Positions 13,001-26,460 of a stretch of 64,000 bases of DNA are shown piece after piece. The DNA is from Neoconidiobolus thromboides FSU 785 (lineage: Eukaryota > Fungi > Entomophthoromycota), in the NCBI GenBank assembly GCA_025603075.1, contig MU626260.1, positions 124,001 through 188,000 of the forward strand, read 5' to 3'. The notes beneath the pieces were generated by a model. The model had not been told where the DNA came from. It searched no databases and worked only from the letters and a program-made list of their open reading frames with translations. How positions within the stretch are numbered: position 1 is the stretch's first letter; each line of letters begins with the position of its first letter. The position numbers and the translations under genes were made by a program.

Positions 13001-14055
13001 TATTCATTCGAAAGTACAACAACACACTATTAACTTAGGATAGTGGTAACTTTAACACGATATTATATGCCAAATAAATCTAACTTGTAAAGCTATATTA
13101 TAATCGAATAAGGTTAATTTTTATAAATTTTAAACTCATTGATTTTTTACTATTGTAATATGACTGTTTTACAAAGTGTTGTATAAATCGTAAGTATATC
13201 ATAATTCATTTTTATTATAAAATAACTAAAAATTTTAATAGCTAATTTATTGTTTCTAAACTACTTTTTTTAAAGAATCTACAAAGTTTAAGTCAGTAGC
13301 ACTCTATTTCTATTTATAATAGATAAATGTAATAAAAAATAAAATGTGATTTTAACAGTTATTAGCTAAAGTTTTTTATTGAAATAACAATATAGGCAGG
13401 TGCCTTTTATCCTTCAATATTAGCTGTTATTTTACTTTATTCTATTTTACATTATAATAAGTACACTAAAATATGATAAAAGAATTTTCCCACATAAATG
13501 TTTTTTAAAATTAAATTATTTTTAAAATAAGCCACCAAGAAAAAATAATTTATTTCAAAACCACATCACTTCACATAGAATGACTTATTGTAATGTTAAA
13601 AATTGATGCAAATTCATTTTTTTTGTATGTGTACTTTAATATTATCAATATTTAAACCTTATTTAATTTCAAAATAAAATAAAATAGTATTTATCTAGCT
13701 AAACTTCAGAATTTATCATATTAAGTTTAAAAGCCGGTTAAAATCACTAAAATCTTTTGATAATCTCATCATGGATCAAAATTGATTATATTTTTGATTT
13801 GATTCTTTAAAATTTAGCCAACCAATTAAACTATAAAAATCGACTAATAAAAAACTGAAGCAAATAAAACATAAAAACAAAAATGCGAAATGATTTGTTT
13901 CTCGAAATCAAGTAACCAATCAAAGCAAGTGACTATGAAGATGCAGAGATTAGATTAAATAAATTTAATCTAAATTATATTGATTTAATTTTTAACTGTA
14001 TGTACTTTTGAAGCAATCAAAGTCAAGCTTCCACTTATAAATTACAATACAAATC

Positions 14056-16281
14056 ATGATGCGTTTAAATTCAAAATCGATATCATTACGCTATATAAAT
14101 CACATTAGTAAAGGTAACTATCATTAATGGTAAATGAATTTTTTTTAATCTTTAAATAAAGGTTTGAGACAATTCTCCACCTCAAAAAGTAGTAAAAAAG
14201 AAGTAGAGATCTTTATAAATGGAAATTCTATTAAAGTTGAAGAAGGCTCAGCACTTATTCAAGCATGTGAGAAAGCTGGAGTTGACATTCCAAGATTCTG
14301 CTATCACGAACGTTTAGGTGTAGCTGGTAATTGTCGTATGTGTTTAGTTGAACTTGAAAAATCTCCTAAACCAGTTGCTTCATGCGCTTTCCCAATTATG
14401 CCGGGTATGAAAGTTCATACTGATACTCCACTTGTAAAGAAAGCTAGAGAGGGTGTTATGGAATTTTTACTTTCTAATCATCCTTTAGATTGTCCAGTTT
14501 GCGATCAGGGAGGAGAATGTGACTTACAAGATCAATCTATGAGATATGGTTCCGATCGTTCTCGTTATCTTGAACCTGCAGGTAAACGTGCTGTAGAAAA
14601 TAAAAACTTTGGTCCTTTGGTTAAGACTATCATGACTCGTTGTATTCACTGTACTCGTTGTGTACGTTTTGCTAACGAAGTTGCTGGCGTTTCTGAACTT
14701 GGGACTTCTGGACGTGGTAATGACATGCAAATAGGCACTTATATTGAAAAAACTTTGAACTCAGAAATGTCTGGTAATATTATTGATCTTTGTCCCGTTG
14801 GTGCATTGACCTCAAAACCATATGCTATGACTGCTCGTCCTTGGGAATTGAAAAAGACTGAGAGTATTGATGTTATGGACGCTGTGGGCAGCAATATCAG
14901 AGTTGATTCTCGTGGTACTGAAGTTATGCGTGTCCTCCCACGTTTAAATGAAGAAGTCAATGAAGAATGGATCTCAGATAAAACTCGTTTTGCTTACGAT
15001 GGTCTTAAGAGACAACGTTTAACTTTACCATTAGTTAGAGAAGGTTCCCGTTTTACCCCTTCAACATGGGCTGATGCTTTAGAGATTATTGCATCTAAGA
15101 TCAAATCAGTTGATCCTAAAAGTATTAAAGCCATTGCAGGACAACTTGCAGATGCTGAAAGTTTAGTTGCTCTTAAAGATTTATTCAACAAACTCGGATC
15201 AGAAAACTTAACATTAGAAGGAAACAATGGAGATAAGAAAGCAGTTTATGAAACCGATTTCCGTTCCAATTATATTTTCAACTCTTCAATTCTTGGTATT
15301 GAAGAAGCTGACTTAGTTCTACTTGTTGGTACTAATCCACGTCATGAAGCACCAATTATCAACTCTAAAATTCGTAAATCATATATTAACGGACAGCTTG
15401 ACGTAGCATTAATTGGAGAAGAAGTTAAACTTACATGCGATTACAGTTATTTAGGAAGTGATGCAAGCACTATTTCTGAACTTATATCAGGAAAGGGTGA
15501 ATTCGCCAAACGTTTAGCAGAAGCAAAGAAACCTATGATTATTGTTGGTTCAGGAGTTGCTGAATCTGATAATGCTGCTTCCACTTTCTCAGAAATAGCC
15601 AAATTAGTTGAAAAATATCAATCCAAGTTCATTCAAGAAGGATGGAATGGATACAATTTACTTCAACGTGATGCTAGTCGCACTGCTGCTCTTGATATAG
15701 GTTACTCTTCTAACCCAGCTAACCAAACTGAGCCATCTCTTGTTTACTTATTAAATGCTGATAATATTACCACTAAAGATGTTCCAAAGGGCGCCTTTGT
15801 AGTCTATCAAGGTCACCATGGTGATGTTGGTGCACAATATGCTGATGTTATTTTACCAGGCTCTGCCTACACTGAAAAGAATGCTACTTACGTCAATACT
15901 GAAGGAAGATCTCAACAAACAAGATCTGCAGTTCCACCTCCAGGAGCTTCCCGTGAAGATTGGAAGATTATTCGTGCATTATCTGAAGTTGCAGGAGCTA
16001 CATTACCATATGATGATATTGTTGCTTTACGTGATCGTATGAGTGATGTATCCCCAACCTTAGTCTGTTATGATGAAATTGAATCAACAAGCATCTCACC
16101 ATTATTAGGATTAAGCCAATTAATTTCCAAAGATTCTAAAGCTTCTGGAGCTTTATTAAATCCATTAGGTGACTTCTATCTTACTAATCCAATTGCTAGA
16201 TCATCTCCTACTATGGCTAAGTGCTCCACCGCATTCACAAAAGGCGAAACACTAGATGAACCTCAAGCAGCTTTTGCTTAA
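14056..16281 (+). CDS. NDUFS1: NADH:ubiquinone oxidoreductase 75-kDa Fe-S subunit (complex I), mitochondrial
   Basis: Exon 1 at 14056-14113 (presequence), intron 14114-14161. Fe-S motifs [45 protein letters not shown] and DLCPVGAL. Confidence 0.97.
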
Positions 16282-16625
16282 ATTTAATATAGTAGTACTT
16301 TTGTTTCCTTTATCGTAGTATTGTCTAGTTGGATTAGATATTTTTATTAAAAATCAAACTTAAAATTAAGATATCTCATTTCATGCTTTCCTATTTTTAG
16401 ATTAAAAAATCATAATAAATTCAATTTGAATATTAGTTTAACTGTATTTAAGCATATTTTATATACTATATTATATTAGTTTTATTTTAAAATATCATAT
16501 TTACTATACTAGAGCAATGTAATAAACTAAATTAATCCCATAAATTAATTGAGCCAAAATGAATTTACTTAAAATAATAATCTAAATAATGAACAAAATT
16601 TATTTTAAAAAAATATAGAATCAAA

Positions 16626-17058
16626 ATGCCATTATATGAATTATCATTAATAGTACGACCAAAATTAAATCCAGTAAGATAATTAATGATAATGTGTATT
16701 ACAATGAGTTAACAAAATGATTTAGAATAATATCAAGGATTTAATGAAAAGAAGTGTACAAACAATATGGAACCATAAAGGAGTAGTCACTGAAATTAAA
16801 GATTTACATCAAAAAACTTTACCATATCCTATGAAGCGTCATCAAGAATATTTTCATGCTGGGAGGTAATTTAAAATATATAAGAAGAAAGGTAAATATT
16901 GATAGAATTTACTTTTGTATAGATATTATTTGTTAAATTTTCATGCTAATCCAAACGCTTTGGTTGATCTTGGTAACAAATTAAAAGTAGATCCTAGAGT
17001 TATTAGACATGGTATCATTAAAGTTGCCGATAAAATTGATACTGAACCTAGAGCTTAA
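16626..17058 (+). CDS. MRP17: Mitochondrial ribosomal protein bS6m (3 exons)
   Basis: MPLYELSLIVRP...TLPYPMKRHQEYFHAGRYYLLNFHANP...KLKVDPRVIRHGIIK; two GT-AG introns; not in the ORF track. Confidence 0.9.
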
Positions 17059-17513
17059 TTTTTGTTTTTTATTAAAATAGCAATTAGTAAATAAATTATT
17101 TTTAATCTAGATTTTGATTAGAATGTTTAATGCTTATATAAATGGGTTTTTTTAGGTCAATTACGCCAGTAAATATAAACAAAAGCATCAACTACAAAAA
17201 TTATCTAATAGGAATTTTATTCTCAGATTGCAAGTCAAAGCACCAAGTTTAATACTTTAATTGGATTATTTGAACTGTATATATATGTAGAAATTTAAAT
17301 AATAATATAACTATATTGCTTATTTCTATTAAATATTTAGAAATAATGCTTCAAATATAGAGTTCAAATAAAAGTCAAACAAATCTTAATAAAAATTTAT
17401 TTGAGTAGTTTTTTATTTATATTAAAATAAGTCTAAAGTTTGAAATATGAACTTGTTTAATAAATAGCTGTAATGAACATAAAAATAACAAACTAGTGGC
17501 AAATACTGCTAAC

Positions 17514-18712
17514 TCATATTTTCTTCAAAAAGGCAGCTATTTTGTCTTCAGTTAAAGCTCTACCGCTTCTAATATCTTCTTGAATTCCATTTAGTCGCTT
17601 CTCCCTTAACTTTGCAACTTTATTAATTCTTTCTTCAATCTTACTTTTCTTTATGTTTTGTATAGAAGTGTGTAAAGATCTTTTCAGCTCAGTCTAAATT
17701 AAATAAACAAATGTTTACTTAAGTATTTATTATATTACCTCTTTTCTTAATTTAGTTAATTCTTTAATTTGCTCAGCTCTCTCATCTTCATCTTTTGAAA
17801 ATTTATAAAACCCAACTCCCAAATTTCTTAACTCTATGATTATTAGATCAAACCAAGTAAACTATTTAATCATTACCTTTGTCCCTATCAAAATGTGTAT
17901 ATTCTAAATAAATTAAAACCTATATCGATAAAAATATTTAACAATATACCATTTGCATTTTCTTCTTCCATCTCCTTTTCCCATCTCTGTCTTTCTAACT
18001 CCCTTTCCATATCTTTAGATAATAGCTCAGGCCCATCATTTCTTGGCTTCAGAGATTCAACTTCTTCTCTTCTGCCAACTCTCGTTCTTCCAAACTCATC
18101 AATATATTCGACCCAAGCTTCAGAATCTTCATCTTGTTTCTTATTATCCTATAAAAAGTTAATCTCAGGAAATCTTCTAGAGATCGTTAATTACTGTTTT
18201 TCCTTCCTGTTCCCAAGCCTTCTTTTCAAAATCAATTAACATATTGTCATCCATTTCATTGAACTCTTTTCCTTCTAATAAAGTTAAATTATTTTTAATA
18301 TTACAAAGAGTTGATTACCTTCTAAAAGCTTTTCATAAATCTTTGCTTTTTTTTCAAGTGTTCTTTTTGACAATTCTAAACGTTCCAAGTCTTCCAACGA
18401 TCTTGGGTCTTTATTAACAGCATCCATAGCTTTTCTTTTTTCAATACCAACGTTAGACTTGTCAAACACATCTTTTTTCTTTAAAACTATTTAATTAATC
18501 AAAATATTTTTTAATTTTAAATTACCAGTCCTTTTTTGGCTGGCTTTACTCCTGTAATTTTAAAAACTTCATGCTCTTTTTTAGCCTCTTCTTCACGCCT
18601 AGCTAATTCGGCTTTCAAGTCAAGTATCTAAATCTTCTTAAAACGGCTTTTTTAGTACGTATAAATTACTTACTGTTCCTGCATTAAGTTCAATAACTTT
18701 TTTATTTGACAT
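17514..18712 (-). CDS. CCDC174/DUF4078-family nuclear protein (multi-exon)
   Basis: LDLKAELARR, SKRTLEKKAKIYEKL, AWVEYIDEFGRTR and the TLGVGFYKFSKDEDERAEQIKEL motif typical of DUF4078. Confidence 0.75.
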
Positions 18713-19506
18713 TTTTTATTAATTATATAAAAAGCAAATTTTTACAAAGCACCTGTCATCAATTTTAATTGTTTTGTATAAATTTCATTTTCCCAACTTG
18801 GCTAAAAAACATTATAGGCATTTTCATTTGAAAACTTACTATACTTTTTAGAAAGATTTAACTTTTTATCAATATGCAATGTCTTAAAAAAATCACTGTT
18901 AACATTTTTCACTTTCAATAACCTTGGACTTTTATAAGCAATATGAGGTTTTTAGTTGTAATATATTCAAGTCCATAATTTGTATTACTAAATATACTGA
19001 TTTGATATAATTTAGAGGATTTCTTTTGAGTATTTTAATTTAAAACAATGAGTTTTAATTTCGAAAATTTAAGTTCTTTTCTGTATATTATAAAAAGTTG
19101 ATTACATCTTTCAAAAAGTTAATTAGGTTTCAATGAAAACCTTGGCAGTAAATAAACTATAAATGAAAAATGTAGTCGTTTTATAGATGATTAAGAATAC
19201 TTCGGTAAGAATGAATGTTTTCTTTAAAAATGCATAAATGCTAAGTAGGCTTGTATTAAATAGTTTAAAGTAAAAAATTTATGATAATTCAAGTAATTTA
19301 AACAACTTAAATGATATATTAAAGTGCTTCACTTGAATGCATTTCTACCAGTATTTCAAATGTTACTTGATGTAGCAATTTCTTAGTAATTAGCTATATT
19401 AAGTAATAAAGAATTAAATAGACTTAAACATTTAGCAAATGATTGGCTTAAGTATTAAATAAACTGTGAGCAAAAAAATCGAATTTATACCAGCTTTTTA
19501 TTTAAA

Positions 19507-22500
19507 ATGAATGAAAACCCAATAACAACAGAAGAAATATTGACGATAGGAAGAAATAGAGACTTGGAAGAAATACAATCAATATGGAACCAAAGATATG
19601 ATGAGGTAAATGATATCAATTTATATTTATCTTAAATGTAAATTTTGATTAGGTTTGTATTTTCACAAAAAATACTTTGAATAATGAATTGGCTTTGTTT
19701 TCTCAACAAGATATAGCTGACCTATTTAGCTTCTTAAAATTAACAATGAGTGGTAAATAAGTAATAAAAATGAACGATATTAAACTTAGTCTGATTTTAG
19801 ATAACAAAATAGAAGATGATTTAAGAACAAAGGTTCACATATTTATTTTAGATATATTTGTTAAATGGTAAATTTATTGATTGAAATAAACACATTTGGC
19901 TTAAACATTAGGCTAAACAAAAATGAAAACGAAAGCTCATCGATATATGACACAATTTCCTCAGAAATATTGTTGTGCATTGAAGTATATTATTTATAAG
20001 TTAGTTGAATTTATACTAATATTTTAGATGGAATTATTTTGTCTTGATGCACTAACTTATTTCTTTGATAAATTATTGGAAGATTTGGATAAAGAAAACA
20101 ACATCAATACAAAAATATTTTCGATATTTTCTCAATTTTTAAAATCAATTCAAAACAGTAAAGAAGGCAACGATAGGCTTATTGATAATCCTTCAAAATC
20201 AGATGAATACCTTAACAATATTATTAAGGATTTTTGTACCACTACTAAATGGCCGTCTTCCAAGGCTTCATTGATTATTAATTCATTTAATGAAATCTTC
20301 TTAAGTCAAGATAATTTAAAATTAATTGTAGCTAAAACTGCAAGGTAATGGTTTTTTAAAATAACCTATTTTTTAATAATTTTAAAGTATTTGGTATGAA
20401 ATTGAAATTGATGAGATACCTCCTTTTGTTTATCAATTACTTTTATTGAGCAAAAAGGTAACATTCGTAGTTATTTTATTTTATCTTGTAATTGTAAAGC
20501 GAACAGGGTTTAAAAAATCAAATAATATCCCAAATTATTTGTTATTTTAACAACTATAACATGCCAGAAAAAGATGATAAGAATCAATTTATTGAGAATG
20601 ATAGTTTTACTTACAAAAATTCAGTTGAAGGGACTATTTTATTACATCTACTTATGGCAGTCAAACAAGACCAGGTTTGTTATTTGTTACTGTCAAATAA
20701 ATTTACTTATTGTTTAGAACCTTGGGTTATTCTTAATTAAATTTTTAAAGCTTGGTAAAACTTTATATTTATCGCCGTTTACGCTTTCCATATTATTATC
20801 ATTATCAACAATTCAACGATTTGAAGATGAAGTAAGTATTACACTGTCTATTGGCTGTTATTAAAATTTAGATTTTTAGCTACCTTAAAACATGTTTGCT
20901 TAGCTATTTTGATGATTTACAAAAAATAGACCAATTGAAAGGTAAACAATTACTGTTTAATAATTTTTGTTTATCATGGTAATGATTTATTAGAAATGAA
21001 ACGTTGCTATAATTTCTCATCAATTTCGGAGCTATTTAATATTTTACTATTTAAATCTAAAAATGGGTGGGACCAAGTGAATCATGGTTTAGTTGAATTC
21101 TTTATCTTTATTCTAGATACTGTACCAAAAGCATTTGGTCAAGTTATAGGTAAATAATATGCAAATTAAAAGTCATCTAATCTTTAAAAGAAACTCAGAA
21201 AATACCACCACAAAATGGCTATATGTCTTCTTTAGATCAATCACATTCTTTAGCTAAATTCATCCTTTTGAAAATTTATACGGTAAACCTATCTTCATAT
21301 AATTACTATTATATAATTATTCTTTACTTAGAATATTGAGCTATTCCAACCCACTATATTCGAAAAGATAATCACTAGAATACTGTCTAATTCTGATTCA
21401 ATTCAACAGTATATCAAACTATTTAGTTTAATTATAAAGTCAAGTTTGCATCAATTGCCAATACTTTCATCAAAAGTTAAAGATTTAATACCAATTATAA
21501 TATCTTTATCTCTTTCCACGGCAATGCCTTTGTTGAAAGCATGGATACCAATTATCAAAGTTGTTCCTCCTTTTTTGGACAGTTTAATGATTGTGCTTAA
21601 AAAGGGGGTTTTTACAAGGTAATATCTATAATATTAAGCCAAGTGTTGTACTAATATATATATCAAGATCTCAAGAAAGTCGTAGGGTGTCCGTATATGG
21701 ATTAGTACTTCTACTCAAAACTGCACCATCAGATACTTCAATGAAGACAGAGAATAGCGAGAAAGGGAATGTAAATCCAATTTGTTTAGAAATTTTGGGT
21801 AAGTATGATACAGTAATAGCATATTTTTATAACATGATTTAGGAATTCTAAGTCGCTGCTTATCTCAGCAATCTTCTATTAAAAATGAGCTTTACGAAGG
21901 ATTAATACAATGCTCAAAAGAATGTGAAGTTCTTAAACCATACATTGGCGAGTTTTTAACTGACCACGTAATTTGTTTTACTTTAGTATAACCCAATAAC
22001 TTATGAATTAGGCATTCAACTATCTTAAACTAAAACAAGAAAGTATAACCATTGGAAAGATTAAGCAATGTATTAAACTAAGTAACAATAAGGAATCTAC
22101 TATTATTGAACCCTTGCCGATGCTTTTAAAAGCAATTTTATCATGTATGATAAATAATGCAAACCATCAAAGTATGCTAACTTTATATTTATTAATGCTT
22201 TATTAATATATTTACTAAATATCAAATAGATTATTCGTATATGCAAAAATCAAAACAAATATTTGAGGACCTAGATTTACTACTTAAAGAATCGACATTA
22301 GCTACTCTTGGGTTTGATAAAGAGGCCTTATTCAGTTTAGCAACAACAGAAGGTCGTTTCAATTATTTGCAGCTTTCTCTCATTTTGGGCATATTTGAGG
22401 TAACTATAGCTATTTGAACTGCTATCAAACTAACAATTAAGAATATTGTTGATTACAAACTAAGATATGAAGAAGAAAGTGGATTGGATAGTATCTCATT

Positions 22501-24730
22501 GCTCATTAAAAAATTCCTAAGCTTTTCAGAGAATACCAAAAATAGCAATAAGCAAGAAAAAGGGAAGATAATAGCTAAAAAAGAAACTGAAACAACCTAT
22601 CTATCTATAGACAGTGCCACTAGATTGTTTGAGTTAGCCGCAACTCCATATTCTGATGGTGATGAAAATGGATCACCTTTATCAGAAACTAAAATAATAC
22701 ACTATGTTTTAGAAATATTCAATAGACATTTGGATAAAGTAAACTATTGTTAAGTTTATTTGACAGTACTAAAAATAATAGATTACGAAAAACTTTAGAG
22801 AGGAGATCGATAGTGAACAAAATCCATTACAGATATTTGCTCTTTTAGTCACTGTATTTATTTCAGATACAAAAGATACTTCAATATTGGTAAGCAGTGT
22901 TCTATTTTTTATATAAAATGCTAATTAAGTTAGGATGAAGAATGTCATCGGCTTGGTTATGAGTCAATACTAAAATCTTTAGTCATATTTTATGATTATG
23001 ATTATAAGTTCCAAGAGAATTTTAAAGTGATACTAAATACAGTGTTTAATTATGTAAATATAGATGATTCATTCGAAATAGAAGAAGTTATTTTCCCATT
23101 TATCGGAGACTTAATAGTAACAATATTTTATCTAAACCAAACCATTTTAATATTTTTTAGAGTCATATTAAATATTCAGATAAAAAACTGGCAACGTGTC
23201 AACTTAATATTGTGAATAAATTACTTAAAATATTACTGGATAAAAAACATCAATATAGCTTAAAAGAAGAGCTTATTGAATTGTATGTAAAAAAGATAAA
23301 AGACATCTTTACTGAGACGTTCAAAAATTCAACTGCTACTGATATATCAATATCCAAAGAAATCTTGAAATTTAAACTGAATTTGGGCTATTTCGGTTCT
23401 GATTTTACTATCTTACCTCAACTTGCAGATTGCTTTAGAAATATTCTAAGCAAAATTCGAATTGAAGGAGAGGAATATGAATCCGATGATGAAGAAAATA
23501 GTTATTGCTGTTTGGGCTTCCAACTGAATATTAACCTGAATCTTCCTCCTTGCTTAAATACTATGCTGTTACACATTAATGCTGAATTAGACAACTTTGC
23601 ATTTTATATTCAGTTTATTCACTTGCAGAATAGTTTAGATAAAGGTAGTTAGTATTTTTAAAGCTGAACATTATTAATATTGTTTAAGAAATATTTTTCT
23701 TGATTCAAAATGAAAAAAGTTCGATTCAAGTTGAAAAAGCTATATGTGCCAAACTAAGTGTGTTTGTAAGTGCCTTTAAACTATTAGCAGAGACCCATTT
23801 TAGCGCTAGTTCCACTGAAGAGGTATTAGGATGTTTAAGCAAGTTTTTCAAATTTATGAATAGTTTTATTAAATTCGTAAGTGTTTTTTTAAAATTTGAT
23901 CTCTAATATTGATTTAAATTTATAGAAAATCGCTGCCAAATTGGTATATAATAAAGATATGCTTATTAAGTTATGTGAAAGGATAGGTGAAACCCTATAT
24001 AATAAAGTGTCAACCTTCCTTACACATTTGCTTTCTCTGGATAAAGCAAACGCTACTAAGAAAAGAAAACCTAAATCTGCTGCGAAATTACCTAGGGGCA
24101 AATTTAAAAAAGCAAGTAATAGCAAGGAAATCCGAATTGTATCCAGCTTGGTGCTTAACATTGAAAACTTTGAAAATAGTATGATTCAAATAGCAAAAAT
24201 ATTTAAGGTAATATGATTTAGATTTAATAAGGTACTCACTCAGTTTTTGATATAGCTGGATATTATGCAAAAATTTAAAAGAACAGTAATTAGAGATTAT
24301 AGAATTAATAGGGATATATTCTTAAGATCCCCATCTCCAGAAATAAATTTAAAAGTAAGTTAGTTACAATATGTTAGGATATACCTAAATGATATTATAG
24401 GAGGAAGTAGTATCAAATGAAAATAATGATGACAGTGAAAACGAAGAAAATGATGTAGAGAGTGTTAGCAACAGCAACCATGAAACCCCATCTATAGTAT
24501 TATTGAGCGATAACAATGAAAAAATAACTTCTCCGTCAACTAATGAAACTATTAATAAAAAGAAAAAAAGAAGAAAGAGAACTGTTTCTACCTCTAATGA
24601 AAATGATAGCGATCAAGGATCTACAGAAGAAGTAAACAATGTAGATACTATAGGATTTGAAGAAAATTATGAAGATTATGAAGAAAATGATAGATATGAT
24701 TCAGATATGATAGATGATTCGGAATTGTAA
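19507..24730 (+). CDS. FANCI: Fanconi anaemia group I protein homologue (many short introns)
   Basis: Solenoid-type exons with recognisable FANCI segments: VYQLLLLSKK, VEGTILLHLLMAVKQDQ, LSPFTLSILLSLS, GWDQVNHGL, RVSVYGLVLLLK...ICLEILGILSRCLSQQ...LYEGL, IVSSLVLNIENFE; acidic/basic tail. Confidence 0.85.
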
Positions 24731-24818
24731 TTTACACTTACATTACGATAATAAATATTGAATAATGCTTTATCAATTTAATATTTTATTTTATTATAAT
24801 ATTTGTTAAATACTTTTA

Positions 24819-26060
24819 TTACCCAGTAATAGAATCATGGGTAGGATCAACCCCATGCCTCATTCTATAATATTTTATGTATTCTAAAGTAATTTGATCC
24901 AATTCTTCCATAGTTAAGGCTATGCACTTTTTCTTAGTATCAAAGGTCAAGTTTTTTTTCATCATACTAACACCTGGTGCAATAGATCTAAGAAAAGTTT
25001 ATATTGTACTATGCCTATAATTATTTATACTATGCTTACTCTAAACAATTAGCAATCAACTGACTTTTTCTATGCATTAAACAAGTGGTGACATAAAAGA
25101 AGGTAGAAAAGGGACCTAAAAATAGATTTAATATGATAAAAAAAGGATTAGTTGACTTACTTTTTATATTTGGCGTTGGTGAAGGAATAAATTTAACTAA
25201 ATCAAAGCCATTCTTTATAAAAAAAGAAATGTCAAAAACTCAAAACTATAAAACAAAGGTTACCTTAGGAATAAAAGAGTCTTTATTTAAAGAAAACTGA
25301 TACTCCATTTGACCCATCGCTTTCAATGCAAACCCTAGCAGTGAGGTTTGATTATAAGACTAAAATTATGTCATTTATTTCTACCAAATATATTTAATGA
25401 TAATACCTTAATAACTTCGGGGGCGCATAGGGTGTATAGAGGGAACCTACCATACGAGAAGAAGCCTTCTCTTGATTCCAAAAAGTGAGTGATAAAATAG
25501 TAAAATTGAAAACTTTCTGAAATCCCTGACATGATTCCAAAAAATAATAGATCGGGGTGAACTAATTAAAATTACGAATATAAAATTAGACTTATTTGTA
25601 ATAATAATATTAAACTTAAAGTTTTACCATTTTCAAAAGGTACATTATCAATAATAATTTTATTCCTGTTACTCTTTGAAACATCATACAATAAATTATA
25701 CAACTTAGAACTTGTTCTCAAATTAAAATGTTCGTGCAATACAGGTATATTTGCCACTTTCTCTAGTTCTTCATAAATTTCAATAAAACTAGACGATGGT
25801 TCTAACGGTATTAAACTTTTACATCCATGGTTCAAAAACTGCCTTGTCATTAAACCAGGGCCTGGTAAAAACTCTAATATTATTTTGTCTTTTATTTTAT
25901 CTTTTCCTATCACTTCAGTCACTCTACTAGCCTCTTCTTCGTCAATAAAATAGCGTCGTTTCTTTTTACCAAAAGATTGGATCTTGGAATATTTTTTTAA
26001 CTCCGTTGATGTTAGCATACGTGGGAAATCGAACTTCTTTAACAGTTGAGTTAGTTTCAT
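24819..26060 (-). CDS. KsgA/Dim1-like mitochondrial transcription factor / rRNA dimethyltransferase (Mtf1/mtTFB-like), multi-exon
   Basis: Basic N-terminal presequence, ILEFLPGPGLMTRQFL SAM-fold motif, IPLEP, SFIPK, and C-terminal LTMEELDQITLEY; stop at 24819-24821. Confidence 0.65.
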
Positions 26061-26460
26061 TGGGAGTCTATTTTTCTACTTTTCTATTTTTGAGTTTATT
26101 TAAAAACCATGATTTTAATTTTCAGGCTTAACTTTGATAGTATATTACATTTTTAGTATATAAGGGTCTTATTGGCTTGAAGCTTTAGAATAGAATCTAA
26201 GTGTAAAAATCAAAAATTAGCATTGAAAATCCTAATGCCGTAGCAGTTGTGATACAAAATAATCAAATGATCTATATGACTACAATTAATTCCTTTAACT
26301 TCATATTAACTTTACATTGAAAATATCTCTATATCAAGAAACAGTATTTACTACTTTTAAGTAATATCTGTAACTGAAATAAAATTTCAACTAAAAAATA
26401 AAAAAAGCATTATTTCATATAAAAATAGTATAAATTTATTATAAACCCAATTTAATATCG

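Noticed and set aside
13950-13973. 11-bp-arm palindrome (TTAGATTAAAT-AA-ATTTAATCTAA) upstream of NDUFS1
   Set aside because: Almost entirely A/T, so plausible by chance at this base composition; no other support.
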